DNA from: Candidatus Adlerbacteria bacterium | GTDB taxonomy: Bacteria; Patescibacteriota; Minisyncoccia; Phycocordibacterales; SBAW01 | Length of the DNA stretch: 64,000 bases | NCBI GenBank assembly: GCA_029288895.1 | Contig: JARIGK010000002.1 | Location: forward strand, 94,986-158,985 | Direction of reading: 5' to 3' | Part shown: one piece after another, positions 1-9,650 of the stretch | Position numbering within the stretch: the stretch's first letter is position 1 | Layout of the letters: every line of letters starts with the position of its first letter | The notes under the pieces: model-generated | What the model saw: the letters and a program-made list of their open reading frames with translations, nothing else | The model's database searches: none | What the model was told of the DNA's origin: nothing | Position numbers and translations under genes: made by a program

Positions 1-641
1 TTTTTTGTTTTTGTAAGCTCGACGCGTTCGCGGAGGCTCAAAAGTTTGCCGTCCACCAACGCACGCTCATACCCCTTACCGAGCATGTCATATAACATCT
101 GGTAGTACTCACCTTTGCGGCCAACAACAACTGGCGCATAAATACGCACCGTGTCTTCGTTAATCTCAACACCCATCACCTTCTTTGTTTTCTTTGGGGT
201 GCTTTTAGTAACAGAGTCGACAATGCCGTGGATAATTTCTTCGTTCGAAAGTTTTTTAATTTCGCGGCCACACACAATACAGTGTGGCTTGCCAACGCGC
301 GCAAAAAGCACACGCAAATAGTCGTAAATTTCCGTAATCGTCGCCACGGTCGAGCGTGGGTTGTTAGAACGCGACTTTTGATCAATAGAAATAGCTGGAG
401 AAAGGCCCGTGATTTCTTCAACATCAGGCTTCTGCATCTGGCGCAAAAATTGGCGTGCGTATGAGGAAAGTGACTCGATATAGCGGCGCTGGCCTTCGGC
501 AAAAATAGTGTCGAACGCCAAAGACGACTTCCCGCTTCCGGAAAGCCCCGTAAACACAACCATTTTGTTTCGCGGAATGGAGAGCGAAATATCCTTCAGA
601 TTGTGTGTTTTTGCACCTTTAATTGTGATTTTATCTTCCAT
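1..641 (-). CDS. uvrA: Excinuclease ABC subunit A, 5' part (runs off window start)
   Basis: Not in the ORF track. Manual translation from ATG 641 gives [66 protein letters not shown], the classic UvrA N-terminus. Confidence 0.97.
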   Translation of the reverse strand, partial: MEDKITIKGAKTHNLKDISLSIPRNKMVVFTGLSGSGKSSLAFDTIFAEGQRRYIESLSSYARQFLRQMQKPDVEEITGLSPAISIDQKSRSNNPRSTVATITEIYDYLRVLFARVGKPHCIVCGREIKKLSNEEIIHGIVDSVTKSTPKKTKKVMGVEINEDTVRIYAPVVVGRKGEYYQMLYDMLGKGYERALVDGKLLSLRERVELTKTK

Positions 642-817
642 GGTCTTCTAGAGACGCACACTGCCCCCAGGCAAGCGCCGTAGGGGTTAGTAGGAGCATT
701 CTAGCAGATTAGAGGCCTCTCTGCATACAGTCCTCTTCATCCAATGCATAGACATCGATGCTACAACTCGTACTAGACCAACGTTCCTCATCCACTCATA
801 TCATAGCGGGGCGCTAT

Positions 818-1150
818 ATGCTCAAGTTCGTAATCGTCATCCTCTACGTCATATGCATCACTCTCGACCTCATTACGCTTATGCTCGGGTTTCGGCATAC
901 GCACGAGCTTGATTGGTCGATTGTTGCATCTGTTGCGTTTCTCGGCGTGCTTGCCTGGGAAGCATCTATATCAATTCGTTTCCATCCAACAATGGCAGCA
1001 CTGGCGCTTGTAAGCGTGCTGTGGACATGGTGGGAGCACAGCAATGAAATTATCAACCTCGAGCCGCACGCTCTGATACATATCGCGTGGAGTCTGGGCC
1101 TTTTTGTCGCAATGTACTTGCAAGCCAGGCTCACGTACGAAAAATACTAA
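818..1150 (+). CDS. Small hypothetical membrane protein
   Basis: Hydrophobic ~110-aa ORF filling the gap between uvrA and uvrB; start at ATG 818 inferred. Confidence 0.6.
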   Translation: MLKFVIVILYVICITLDLITLMLGFRHTHELDWSIVASVAFLGVLAWEASISIRFHPTMAALALVSVLWTWWEHSNEIINLEPHALIHIAWSLGLFVAMYLQARLTYEKY

Positions 1151-3189
1151 CGGCCCTTTCGGCCGTTCTTCTTTTTCGGCTCCTTCCCCATCAGCACAGC
1201 AATTTCATCGCGAATAATTGCGGCAGTTTCAAAGTCGAGTTCTTTTACCGCTTCGTCCATCTGCTTCTTTTTATCAGCCAAGAATTTCTTTGGGTTCTTT
1301 TCGAACAGCTCTTTGTCGATATCGAGCAGTACACCCACAGCCTTACCATGCTCGGTACGCAGCTGGTCGGTGATATCTTTGATTGCCTTGTGCACTGTCT
1401 TTGGCGTAATGCCGTGCTTTGTGTTGTACGCCATCTGCAACTCGCGGCGGCGCGCAGTTTCGCCCATAGCTTTTTCAAGCGAGCCTGTCATCTGGTCGGC
1501 ATACACAATGACGCGGCCGTTGACGTTGCGCGCAGCGCGGCCAATAGTTTGGATAAGCGATGTTTCCGAACGGAGGAATCCTTCTTTGTCGGCATCCAAA
1601 ATTGCCACCAACTCTACTTCGGGCAAGTCCAAGCCTTCGCGCAGCAAGTTCACACCCACGAGCACGTCATATTCGCCTTTGCGGAACTCAGTAAGGATAG
1701 TGATGCGGTCGAGCGTGAGCACTTCGCTATGGATATACGCAGCTTTAAATTTCCTATCCTTCAAAAACTCCGACAAATCTTCTGCCATCTTTTTGGTAAG
1801 CGTTGTGACCAAGACACGGCCACCACCCTTGATGACTTTTTCTGCCTCTTTCAAGAAATCTTGTACTTGGCCGAGTTGTTTGGTTGAACCGGTAACCGGA
1901 CGGACGATAATTTCTGGGTCGACCAAGCCTGTCGGGCGGATAATTTGCTCGACAACATTTTTGCCCGAGTGCTCTTTTTCGTACGGTCCTGGTGTTGCCG
2001 AGGTATACACCACTTGCCCCACATCCTTTTGGAATTCTTCAAATTGCAATGGGCGGTTGTCTATTGCCGATGGTAGTCGGAAGCCGAACTCGATCAAATT
2101 TTCTTTGCGCGCCCTGTCGCCTGCATACATGCCCGCAATTTGCGGCACCGTAACGTGGCTTTCGTCGATTACCGTCAAAAAGTCGGGCGCGCCATCGGCT
2201 TTGTGTGGGAAGTAATCAAGCAAGGTAAACGGCGGCTGGCCCGGTTTGCGGCCGTCAAAGTGGCGCGAGTAGTTTTCGATACCAGGGCAAACGCCAATCT
2301 CGCGGATAAGTGCGATGTCGTGGTTGGTGCGGCGTTTTAGACGTTCGGCTTCCAAGACTTTGCCTGCGCGTTCAAGTATCGCCAAACGCTCTTTCAATTC
2401 ATGTTTGATATCTTCGATGGCGCGCGTTCGCTCATCTGCTGGCGTAACATAATGTTTTGCTGGAAAGAGGAACAGCGAGTCCAACGATTCGCGTTCTGCG
2501 CGCGAGACCGCATCAATCACGCGGACACGTGCAACAACATCGCCCTCAAATTCGACGCGGTACAAAACGCGCTCGCCTGTCGGCATAATCTCGACACTGT
2601 TGCCAAGTGCGCGGAATTTGCCCGGCGCCAGGTCTGCAGTCGTGCGCTCGAAGTACACCGCGATAAGGTCGCGGATGAGTTCAGCACGATTCTTGTGCAT
2701 GCCGGTCTTCAATTCAATGTGCACTTTGCGATACTCCTCAGGGCTGCCAAGCGCGTAGATGCACGAGACAGACGCAACAATAATCACATCGCTGCGCGAA
2801 AGAAGCGCTTGCGTGGATGCATGGCGCAAACGGTCAATCTCTTCGTTGATCTGCGCCTCTTTTTCGATGTAGGTGTCGCTGTGCGGGATGTACGCCTCCG
2901 GCTGGTAGTAGTCGTAGTACGACACAAAGTAGTGCACGGCATTGTCGGGGAAGAACTCGCGATACTCCTGTGCCAACTGCGCGGCAAGCGTTTTGTTGTG
3001 TGCAATAACAAGTGTCGGCTTTCCGATTTTCTGTATCACATTCGCGATGGTGTAGGTTTTGCCCGAGCCAGTCACACCCAAGAGCGTCTGGTCGCGCTTC
3101 CCTTCCTTAATACCTTTCACCAACGCATCAATAGCCTTGGGTTGGTCCCCGGCTGGTGCGTAGTTGGATTTCAAGTTAAATCCGGCCAT
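1147..3189 (-). CDS. uvrB: Excinuclease ABC subunit B
   Basis: GDQPKAI, GVTGSGKT, YYDYYQPEAY, DESH and NLLREGLDLPEV motifs; C-terminal UVR domain. Confidence 0.99.
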   Translation of the reverse strand: MAGFNLKSNYAPAGDQPKAIDALVKGIKEGKRDQTLLGVTGSGKTYTIANVIQKIGKPTLVIAHNKTLAAQLAQEYREFFPDNAVHYFVSYYDYYQPEAYIPHSDTYIEKEAQINEEIDRLRHASTQALLSRSDVIIVASVSCIYALGSPEEYRKVHIELKTGMHKNRAELIRDLIAVYFERTTADLAPGKFRALGNSVEIMPTGERVLYRVEFEGDVVARVRVIDAVSRAERESLDSLFLFPAKHYVTPADERTRAIEDIKHELKERLAILERAGKVLEAERLKRRTNHDIALIREIGVCPGIENYSRHFDGRKPGQPPFTLLDYFPHKADGAPDFLTVIDESHVTVPQIAGMYAGDRARKENLIEFGFRLPSAIDNRPLQFEEFQKDVGQVVYTSATPGPYEKEHSGKNVVEQIIRPTGLVDPEIIVRPVTGSTKQLGQVQDFLKEAEKVIKGGGRVLVTTLTKKMAEDLSEFLKDRKFKAAYIHSEVLTLDRITILTEFRKGEYDVLVGVNLLREGLDLPEVELVAILDADKEGFLRSETSLIQTIGRAARNVNGRVIVYADQMTGSLEKAMGETARRRELQMAYNTKHGITPKTVHKAIKDITDQLRTEHGKAVGVLLDIDKELFEKNPKKFLADKKKQMDEAVKELDFETAAIIRDEIAVLMGKEPKKKNGRKGR

Positions 3190-3212
3190 CCGCCCACTAT
3201 ATCAAACCCGGA

Positions 3213-4469
3213 CTACTTTCTGTACTTCTCAAGGAAGCCGTCTTTAAACTGGTCGAACTGGTCGTTTAAGATCGCTTCGCGGATTTGCTTGCAGAGGTTC
3301 GTGAGGAAGAAGATGTTGTGCATCGAGGCCAAGATGGGGCCGAGCATTTCGTGCGTGCGGAAGAGATGGTGCACGTAGGCGCGCGTGTGATTTTTACATA
3401 CTGGACACGCACACCCTTCGTCCAACGGCCCATAATCATATTGATACTGCGCATTAGGAATTTGGATCTTCCCTTCTGATGTGTACAAACCTCCCGTGCG
3501 GCCGTTGCGAGTTGGAGTAACACAATCGAAGGTGTCGACACCGTGCGCAGCACCCAACAAAATATCTTCCGGCTCGCCCACACCCAAACCGTGGACTGGC
3601 ATGCCAGCTGGAAGTTCTTTTAACATTTCGAGTGCCGACTGCAACGAATTGCCGCCGTATTTGCGGCTAAAGGAGCCTCCCAACCCAAACCCATCAAAGC
3701 CCATCTCGCCAATAGTGCGAGCGCTTTCCTTTCGTAAATCATCAAACTGCCCGCCTTGGCCGATGCCATAGATACCTTGCGTTTTGTTTGCTTCAAAATT
3801 TTGACGATGCGCTTGCAATGAACGCTTTGCCCATGCATGCGTGCGCTCCATCGCCTCCTTTTGCTCTTCGTAAGAATCAGTTGGCGCCGTGCATTGATCG
3901 AATGCGAAGAAAATGTCGGCACCCAAACGATGCTGGATCTCAACAGAACGCTCAGGCGTAAAGCGATGGAGTGAACCATCCAAGTGGGATGTAAATGTTA
4001 CGCCTTCGTCATCTACTATTGCGAGCTTGCCATGGGAGGTTGCCAGTTCTTCGTCGTAGAACGCAGGAGAAAAACTCTCAGCGGAAGGGCGAGGTATATC
4101 TCCCTGAAGCGGAAAGTTTTTCTCCGCAGATGTAAACTTAGAAACTTTCTTGCCAAAGCCAGTGCCGAGAGAAAACACTTGGAAGCCGCCCGAATCGGTA
4201 ATCGTCGGGCCATTCCAATTCATAAACTTTGCCAACCCCCCGGCTTTTTCGACGGCATCCAAGCCAGACAAATAAAGATGGTACGTGTTTGAGATATATG
4301 TCTGGATACCAAGCCAGTCGAACTTGGCAGACTCTATGCCTTTAATGTCGGCCTTGGTTGCCACTGGCACAAACGCTGGCGTTTGAATATCACCATGCGG
4401 CGTATGCAAAACCCCGGCGCGCGCACCGCCGGGGAGTTGTTTTACGATTTCAAGACGTACAGGTTGCAC
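3213..4469 (-). CDS. tgt: tRNA-guanine transglycosylase
   Basis: TPAFVPVAT, NTYHL, TDSGGFQVFSL, DTFDCV and Zn-site CACPVC motifs; carries a ~20-aa insertion. Confidence 0.96.
   Translation of the reverse strand: MQPVRLEIVKQLPGGARAGVLHTPHGDIQTPAFVPVATKADIKGIESAKFDWLGIQTYISNTYHLYLSGLDAVEKAGGLAKFMNWNGPTITDSGGFQVFSLGTGFGKKVSKFTSAEKNFPLQGDIPRPSAESFSPAFYDEELATSHGKLAIVDDEGVTFTSHLDGSLHRFTPERSVEIQHRLGADIFFAFDQCTAPTDSYEEQKEAMERTHAWAKRSLQAHRQNFEANKTQGIYGIGQGGQFDDLRKESARTIGEMGFDGFGLGGSFSRKYGGNSLQSALEMLKELPAGMPVHGLGVGEPEDILLGAAHGVDTFDCVTPTRNGRTGGLYTSEGKIQIPNAQYQYDYGPLDEGCACPVCKNHTRAYVHHLFRTHEMLGPILASMHNIFFLTNLCKQIREAILNDQFDQFKDGFLEKYRK
4066..4125. repeat. Palindromic element, copy 1 (in-frame inside tgt)
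   Basis: Terminal inverted repeats GGAGAAAAACT/AGTTTTTCTCC. The 25-bp core CGGAAGGGCGAGGTATATCTCCCTG (4082-4106) is the exact reverse complement of 29984-30008. Confidence 0.85.
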
Positions 4470-4474
4470 GTGGA

Positions 4475-4966
4475 CTAGTTCGCCGCCCCAGGGTTCGTTG
4501 CAGGCGCAACACCCACAAGCGTCACTTCAAAGATAAGCGTCGAGTTGCCAGGGATAGGGCCGTAGTCTTGTGCGCCATAGCCCAACTGTGGAGGGATGAT
4601 GAGCAAGCGCTTGCCGCCCACTTTCATGCCCTGAAGGCCTTGATCCCAGCCCGGGATAACCTGGCCTATGCCGAGCGTAAATTGGATCGGCTTTTTGCCA
4701 ATAGACGAATCAAAGACTGTGCCGTTCTGCAATTTGCCCGTGTAGTCGACCGTCACGACATCGCCTGCATGCGCCTCGGCACCAGTGCCGACAGTTTCAT
4801 CCTGCGCGACCAACGAGCCGCTCTGTGATGCTGCCGCTGCTGCACTATTGTCTGACTGCTGCATAGAAGTAGAAAAAGGATTAAATACAATAAAAAAGAA
4901 TGCTACGACGACGAGCGATACTGCAACTGCAATACCAATTTTGAGCTTGTTCTTATCCATAGGCAA
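4475..4966 (-). CDS. Membrane-anchored FKBP-type peptidyl-prolyl isomerase
   Basis: N-terminal TM; [37 protein letters not shown]. Confidence 0.95.
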   Translation of the reverse strand: MPMDKNKLKIGIAVAVSLVVVAFFFIVFNPFSTSMQQSDNSAAAAASQSGSLVAQDETVGTGAEAHAGDVVTVDYTGKLQNGTVFDSSIGKKPIQFTLGIGQVIPGWDQGLQGMKVGGKRLLIIPPQLGYGAQDYGPIPGNSTLIFEVTLVGVAPATNPGAAN

Positions 4967-4978
4967 ACGATACCCTGC

Positions 4979-5425
4979 TTACATCATGCCCGCAACCTGG
5001 GCGTTGGTGACAATAAGCGATATTGCAAACATTGCAACCAGGGCGCCGCTAAAGAGCATTTCGGGCTGCTGGATCTGCACATGGATAAAGAAGGTAAACA
5101 ATAGCGCAATAATGAGCATGGTTGCGATGGTGCCTAAAATCCATGGCTCAATATCGCGCGAGTCGACAGAGAAACGGGCAAACTGGCGAGACAATGATTG
5201 CGAAAGCGACTGTGCTTCGCCCGCGGGCGTTGGTGCTGTGGCTACAGCAGCGGCCATTGGTACAGCCATGCTTTGATCGACAAAAAAGCTTGAGACAAAC
5301 ATGCCTTCGGTGACAAAAATTACTGCAACAAAAAATGCGAGCATTTCCTTCCTCAATATATGAGGGCGATAGTTATTGCGCTGCGATGGCACAAAGTGCC
5401 GATGTATCTTTTCGCGCATGTACAT
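4979..5425 (-). CDS. Hypothetical membrane protein
   Basis: Three hydrophobic segments; abuts the FKBP gene. Confidence 0.65.
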   Translation of the reverse strand: MYMREKIHRHFVPSQRNNYRPHILRKEMLAFFVAVIFVTEGMFVSSFFVDQSMAVPMAAAVATAPTPAGEAQSLSQSLSRQFARFSVDSRDIEPWILGTIATMLIIALLFTFFIHVQIQQPEMLFSGALVAMFAISLIVTNAQVAGMM

Positions 5426-5477
5426 GCAGAAATTTTACCATATGGTATTGTCACGGCAGGAGCACAAGGAGGCAAAC

Positions 5478-5846
5478 ATGTTTCGATACATCACGATTCC
5501 ATTGTGGCATGTGTGGTACGGGAGCAGAGTTCCAGATCTCGCTTCCGCAACACTCAAGTTCATCCGTCGTCGTCGCTTTATGTGGTTTCCACCCAAGAGC
5601 GCACAGCATCTTTCAGAGGCTGAACGTTATCGAGTACTGACCGATATCGATTTCCAATTTCAACAGACACAGCTCGCGCTCATCCGAAAGCGCGACAAGT
5701 GTCATGAACAAGGTATCGGGCCCCTGGATCGGCGCTATCCCGATATTTTTGAGATCGACCATGAATGGGGTTTCCGCGACACTCTTTCACCCATGGTCAG
5801 ACGCTGGGAAAGACTCGGGCGCGTGTCACCAACCAAGCCGGCATAA
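5478..5846 (+). CDS. Hypothetical protein (SD-led orphan)
   Basis: AAGGAGG upstream of ATG 5478; followed by a terminator. Confidence 0.6.
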   Translation: MFRYITIPLWHVWYGSRVPDLASATLKFIRRRRFMWFPPKSAQHLSEAERYRVLTDIDFQFQQTQLALIRKRDKCHEQGIGPLDRRYPDIFEIDHEWGFRDTLSPMVRRWERLGRVSPTKPA

Positions 5847-5858
5847 GTCGGCTTTTTT
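5836..5858 (+). terminator. Intrinsic terminator
   Basis: AGCCGGC-ATAA-GTCGGCT followed by a T-run. Confidence 0.7.
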
Positions 5859-5878
5859 CTTTGCTATACTTTTTAGTA

Positions 5879-6709
5879 ATGAAGAAGTTTGTTGTTGGCG
5901 TGCTGATGTTTGTATTGCCATGGGTGGCAAGCGCCGCCGGCTTTGCACAGTCGCCCATCTTTTTGTCGAAGACGCCTGCCGTCGAAGGCCAGCGAGTACG
6001 CGTCTACACTATTGTTTCCAACGACACATCCGCCCCCTTTACCGGGATAGTCATTATGGCAGTCGACGGCATCAAACTCGGCAGCCCTGCAGCAACAATT
6101 GCCGCAGGCGCAGCACAAACCGTTTCGGTAAATTGGACACCAACCGCGGGCACCCACACCATTTCGGCACAGCTCACCAACAACGACGGCACCAGTGTGC
6201 AGCAAGTCTCGCAAGATTTTACGGTTGCAAGCAATGAGCCTGCCCCCACAAATACATCGAACAGTCTTTCTGGAACGAATGCATTTGGTAATGCTGCTGC
6301 AGCCGCAGGCAGTGTCGGCAGCGCACATGTCGAACCATCGACAGATATTCAAGACTCAATAAAAAGCTTCTCCCCTGCAACAGAAAATGTTGTAGCGCCT
6401 GTCTTCAACGCAATCGACACAGGCCGCGCCGCTGCAGCCACCCAAATCCAAAAAGCAGCACAATGGTCGAAGGATCAAACAAACACGTCAATAAAATCAC
6501 CCGTGAGTGGTTTTGTAAAAACGCCTGACACCAAAACACAAAACAAAGTAGCAACTGGTTTTTGGAGCGTGCTCGCAACCGGAATGTTATGGATATTTAA
6601 TGCGCTGCTCTTTATTATCACAAACGCAGGTGTCTTCTACCCTGTCCTTGCGATACTCATCGCCTACATTTTGTGGCGCTGCTGGAAGCGCTATCGCCGC
6701 CCCTACTAA
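5879..6709 (+). CDS. Exported CARDB/Ig-like domain protein with C-terminal membrane anchor
   Basis: Signal peptide; VSVNWTPTAGTHTI CARDB-like motif; C-terminal TMs. Confidence 0.75.
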   Translation: MKKFVVGVLMFVLPWVASAAGFAQSPIFLSKTPAVEGQRVRVYTIVSNDTSAPFTGIVIMAVDGIKLGSPAATIAAGAAQTVSVNWTPTAGTHTISAQLTNNDGTSVQQVSQDFTVASNEPAPTNTSNSLSGTNAFGNAAAAAGSVGSAHVEPSTDIQDSIKSFSPATENVVAPVFNAIDTGRAAAATQIQKAAQWSKDQTNTSIKSPVSGFVKTPDTKTQNKVATGFWSVLATGMLWIFNALLFIITNAGVFYPVLAILIAYILWRCWKRYRRPY

Positions 6710-7131
6710 TTTTTAGTTGTGCGCCAGTGCCACACTGCGAGGCCAAACAATACAAGTGTCGTGAGCGCTGAAATCGCGCAGTACTGGCACAGTGCGCCAA
6801 TCACAAAGTATTGGAAAAGTTCGAAGAAAATAGAAAACGCGAGACCGATAGTTGCATACGCCATAAGACCTATGCGGAGACCTTTTGAATATGGGTCGAT
6901 AGCGAGCAACACCGCGAGCGCCAACATATACACGTAATACACGAGGCCAATGTGTGCCAATGTCACACCAAATACGCTCGAATATGGGCTGTTAAGCACG
7001 CGCTCGCATCCGTGGAGCACCAAACACCCAGGCACGACGCCATGCAATTTTTCGTACACCAAGTACAAGGTGTCACCGATGCCAATAAATGTTGTGGCAA
7101 TGAGCCAGTATGGCGTGAGAATTACTTTCAT
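6706..7131 (-). CDS. Vitamin K epoxide reductase (VKOR) family protein
   Basis: CLVLHGCERVLNSPYS and CQYC motifs; 4 TMs. Confidence 0.92.
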   Translation of the reverse strand: MKVILTPYWLIATTFIGIGDTLYLVYEKLHGVVPGCLVLHGCERVLNSPYSSVFGVTLAHIGLVYYVYMLALAVLLAIDPYSKGLRIGLMAYATIGLAFSIFFELFQYFVIGALCQYCAISALTTLVLFGLAVWHWRTTKN

Positions 7132-7670
7132 TGTGTAAATGTAACACTGGAAAGGAGGTTCTTGAAGTCGGTGCGGATGGCGTCATCGGCCTTCATCCAG
7201 GATGCGGCAAAGATATAGACCGCGCCGCTGTGTTCGACAGCAACCGCATCAGACTCGTACAAGCCACTATAGCGATATGCGAGTGCAGGCTGGCCTGCCA
7301 CTGTTGTTTGCGTAATCTTTTTGTCGGGCGAGAGATAGAAGTTGGTAATAGATGAATCACGCACCCATTGCTCGAGCGTTGTTGTTGCTGGGCGTGCGAC
7401 TTTGATGATTGAGATAGCGGTCGGACCCTTGCTCATGTCGGGCACCGTGCTTGATGCATCAATGAGGGTTAATATCTGCACCGGCATGCCATTAAAACTA
7501 TCGTGGCGAGCGTTCAGGTCGTACGTTGGCGGGTACGTAAACGCCAACCCTATTTCATTTGAGCGGTACGAGCCTTCCGTTATTGCAGAGTGGCTGCCCA
7601 TGCGCGATGCGTACCATACGCCCGCACCTGCTACGAGCAGAAGTATCGCAATTACAGAAAGGCGTTTCAT
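7128..7670 (-). CDS. Exported hypothetical protein (possibly PsbP-like)
   Basis: N-terminal TM and FTYP motif; start ATG 7670. Confidence 0.65.
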   Translation of the reverse strand: MKRLSVIAILLLVAGAGVWYASRMGSHSAITEGSYRSNEIGLAFTYPPTYDLNARHDSFNGMPVQILTLIDASSTVPDMSKGPTAISIIKVARPATTTLEQWVRDSSITNFYLSPDKKITQTTVAGQPALAYRYSGLYESDAVAVEHSGAVYIFAASWMKADDAIRTDFKNLLSSVTFTQ

Positions 7671-7671
7671 A

Positions 7672-8217
7672 CTATTTAAGTAAGTCTTTAAACTTCGTTT
7701 CGACTTTCTCGACCTTGGGCGCAATCACAAGCTGGCAGTACCCCGCGCCTTTATTTCGCTCGTAATAATTTTTGTGATAGTCCTCCGCTGGGAAGTAGTT
7801 TTCGAACGGGCGGACGTCTGTGACGATGGGTTTTACAAACCCTCCTTTATTTAAGACTGATATGTAGTGCTCGGCTTTTTCTTTTTGGCGAGGAGTTGTG
7901 TAGAAGATAGCAGAATGATATTGCGGGCCAACATCATTCCCTTGCCTGTTTGGAGTTGTTGGGTCATGGCTCGCAAAAAATACGCGAAGTAACTCTTCGA
8001 ATGCAATTTCGTCTGGATTAAATTCGATTTTGATGACTTCAATATGGCCCGTGGTGCCGGTGCAGACCTGTTCGTAGGTTGGATGCATCACATGCCCGCC
8101 TGCGTAGCCAGGCTCGACCGCTTTCACTCCCTTTATCATTAAAAAAACTGCTTCGGTGCACCAAAAGCATCCTCCGCCAAACGCCACTGTCTCTATAATG
8201 TTATCCACATCTTGCAT
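7672..8217 (-). CDS. msrA: Peptide-methionine (S)-S-oxide reductase
   Basis: GGGCFWC, HDPTTPNRQGNDVGPQY and AEDYH motifs. Confidence 0.97.
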   Translation of the reverse strand: MQDVDNIIETVAFGGGCFWCTEAVFLMIKGVKAVEPGYAGGHVMHPTYEQVCTGTTGHIEVIKIEFNPDEIAFEELLRVFFASHDPTTPNRQGNDVGPQYHSAIFYTTPRQKEKAEHYISVLNKGGFVKPIVTDVRPFENYFPAEDYHKNYYERNKGAGYCQLVIAPKVEKVETKFKDLLK

Positions 8218-8243
8218 TATACGACATTTACTTTATTATCGTT

Positions 8244-8365
8244 GTTCTGGAAGCTGGTTTGTGTTTCGAACTCGTATCAGATGGTGGACGGATGGCCGTA
8301 CGACCTCGGTCTCGCTAGACCTACTACATTGTCTGACAGACTTCAGTTTTACCAACTTCCAGGAC
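8244..8365 (+). ncRNA. Candidate 6S-like rod-shaped RNA
   Basis: 15-bp closing stem 8244-8258/8351-8365, central bubble and inner stem. Upstream TTGCAT-N16-TATTAT; downstream terminator. Confidence 0.55.
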
Positions 8366-8374
8366 CGCTCTTTC

Positions 8375-8405
8375 GCCGACACCTCGTGTGTCGGCTTTTT
8401 CTTTT
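8375..8405 (+). terminator. Intrinsic terminator after the candidate ncRNA
   Basis: GCCGACAC-CTCGT-GTGTCGGC followed by TTTTTCTTTT. Confidence 0.8.
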
Positions 8406-9570
8406 ATTTCTCTTTTTTCTCGTCTTTCACTTTCAAGTATTTTTTGTTTTTAAGTTTGTCGGGCAAGTACGATTCTTTATCGTAGAGTTTGTAGCCCTTG
8501 TGATAGTCCAAATCGCGCATCAACTTTGTTGGCGCATTACGGATTCGTAGCGGCACAGGCAAGTTTCCTAGTTTCTGCACATCAGCCAGCGCTTCAAAAT
8601 ACGCATCATAACTTTCCCTACTCTTTTTGCATCGCGCTAAATATGCCGCCCCGTGCGCCAAGTTTATCTGTGCTTCGGGGTAGCCAATTTTTTCGCACGC
8701 CTCAAACACAGCATTTGCCACCACAAGCGCCGTCGGTACTGCCAAGCCAATATCTTCGCTGGCAAAAATCACCATGCGCCGCGCAATAAACAGCGGGTCC
8801 TCGCCCGCATCAACCATCCGTGCCAAATAGTAGAGCGCCGCATCCGCCTGCCCTGCGCGCATACTTTTAATAAAGGCAGAAATGGTGTTGTAGTGCTCCT
8901 CGCCTTTTTTGTCGTAGCGCAGATGCTTGCTCTGTACAGTTTCTTTGAGCGTCTCGAGCGTTATTTTGCCGTACAACCCTTGTGCGTTTTCGAGCACGCC
9001 AAGCGCCTGGCGCGCATCACCGCCCGCCATTTGCACGAGCCATTCCTTCGCATCTTTTGGAACTTTAAGTTTTGTGCGCTTGATGATCTTTTCCATGTCA
9101 TCTTCGTTGAGCTCGTTCAACACAAAGACACGGCAGCGCGAAAGAAGTGCCGAGATTACCTCAAACGAGGGGTTCTCAGTTGTCGCACCAATAAGCGTGA
9201 TGTCGCCGCGCTCGACAAACGGCAGCAAAAAATCCTGCTGCGCTTTATTAAAGCGATGTATTTCGTCGATAAAAAGAATCTTCGGCTTGCCGGAGAAATT
9301 AATCTTTCCGCTCGCAAGCACTTGCTTGATATCATCTTTGCCCGAGTCGACGGCCGAGAGCTCGAAGAATTCTGCATCAAGCGCATTGGCATAGATACGT
9401 GCAAGCGTTGTCTTACCCGAGCCCGGCGGGCCCCACAATATAAACGAGAAGAGGTGCTTCCCTTCTATTGCCTCGCGCAACGGCTTGCCTTTGCCCACCA
9501 AATGTTCTTGGCCAAAGAAATCACCAAGCGACTGCGGACGGATTTTGGATGCCAAAGGCTCAGGACTCAT
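8404..9570 (-). CDS. rarA: Replication-associated recombination protein A (MgsA)
   Basis: PLASKIRP, WGPPGSGKTT, IDEIHRFNKAQQD, ATTENPSF, SAFIKSMR, SEDIGLA; start ATG 9570. Confidence 0.97.
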   Translation of the reverse strand: MSPEPLASKIRPQSLGDFFGQEHLVGKGKPLREAIEGKHLFSFILWGPPGSGKTTLARIYANALDAEFFELSAVDSGKDDIKQVLASGKINFSGKPKILFIDEIHRFNKAQQDFLLPFVERGDITLIGATTENPSFEVISALLSRCRVFVLNELNEDDMEKIIKRTKLKVPKDAKEWLVQMAGGDARQALGVLENAQGLYGKITLETLKETVQSKHLRYDKKGEEHYNTISAFIKSMRAGQADAALYYLARMVDAGEDPLFIARRMVIFASEDIGLAVPTALVVANAVFEACEKIGYPEAQINLAHGAAYLARCKKSRESYDAYFEALADVQKLGNLPVPLRIRNAPTKLMRDLDYHKGYKLYDKESYLPDKLKNKKYLKVKDEKKEK

Positions 9571-9592
9571 ACCAGCCAGTATACAAAATCGC

Positions 9593-9627
9593 CCCACATG
9601 CGCCTTTCTGTATACTTCATGCGTATA
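9593..9627 (+). promoter_or_regulatory. Putative ECF-sigma promoter, copy 1
   Basis: CCCACATGCGCCT-N16-CGTATA, near-identical to 10209-10243. Confidence 0.6.
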
Positions 9628-9650
9628 CACTACAAACAAGGGGTATTTTC

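Noticed and set aside
8244-8365. SRP RNA (ffs)
   Set aside because: The helix-8 GGAA tetraloop with its CAGG/AGCA internal loop is absent.
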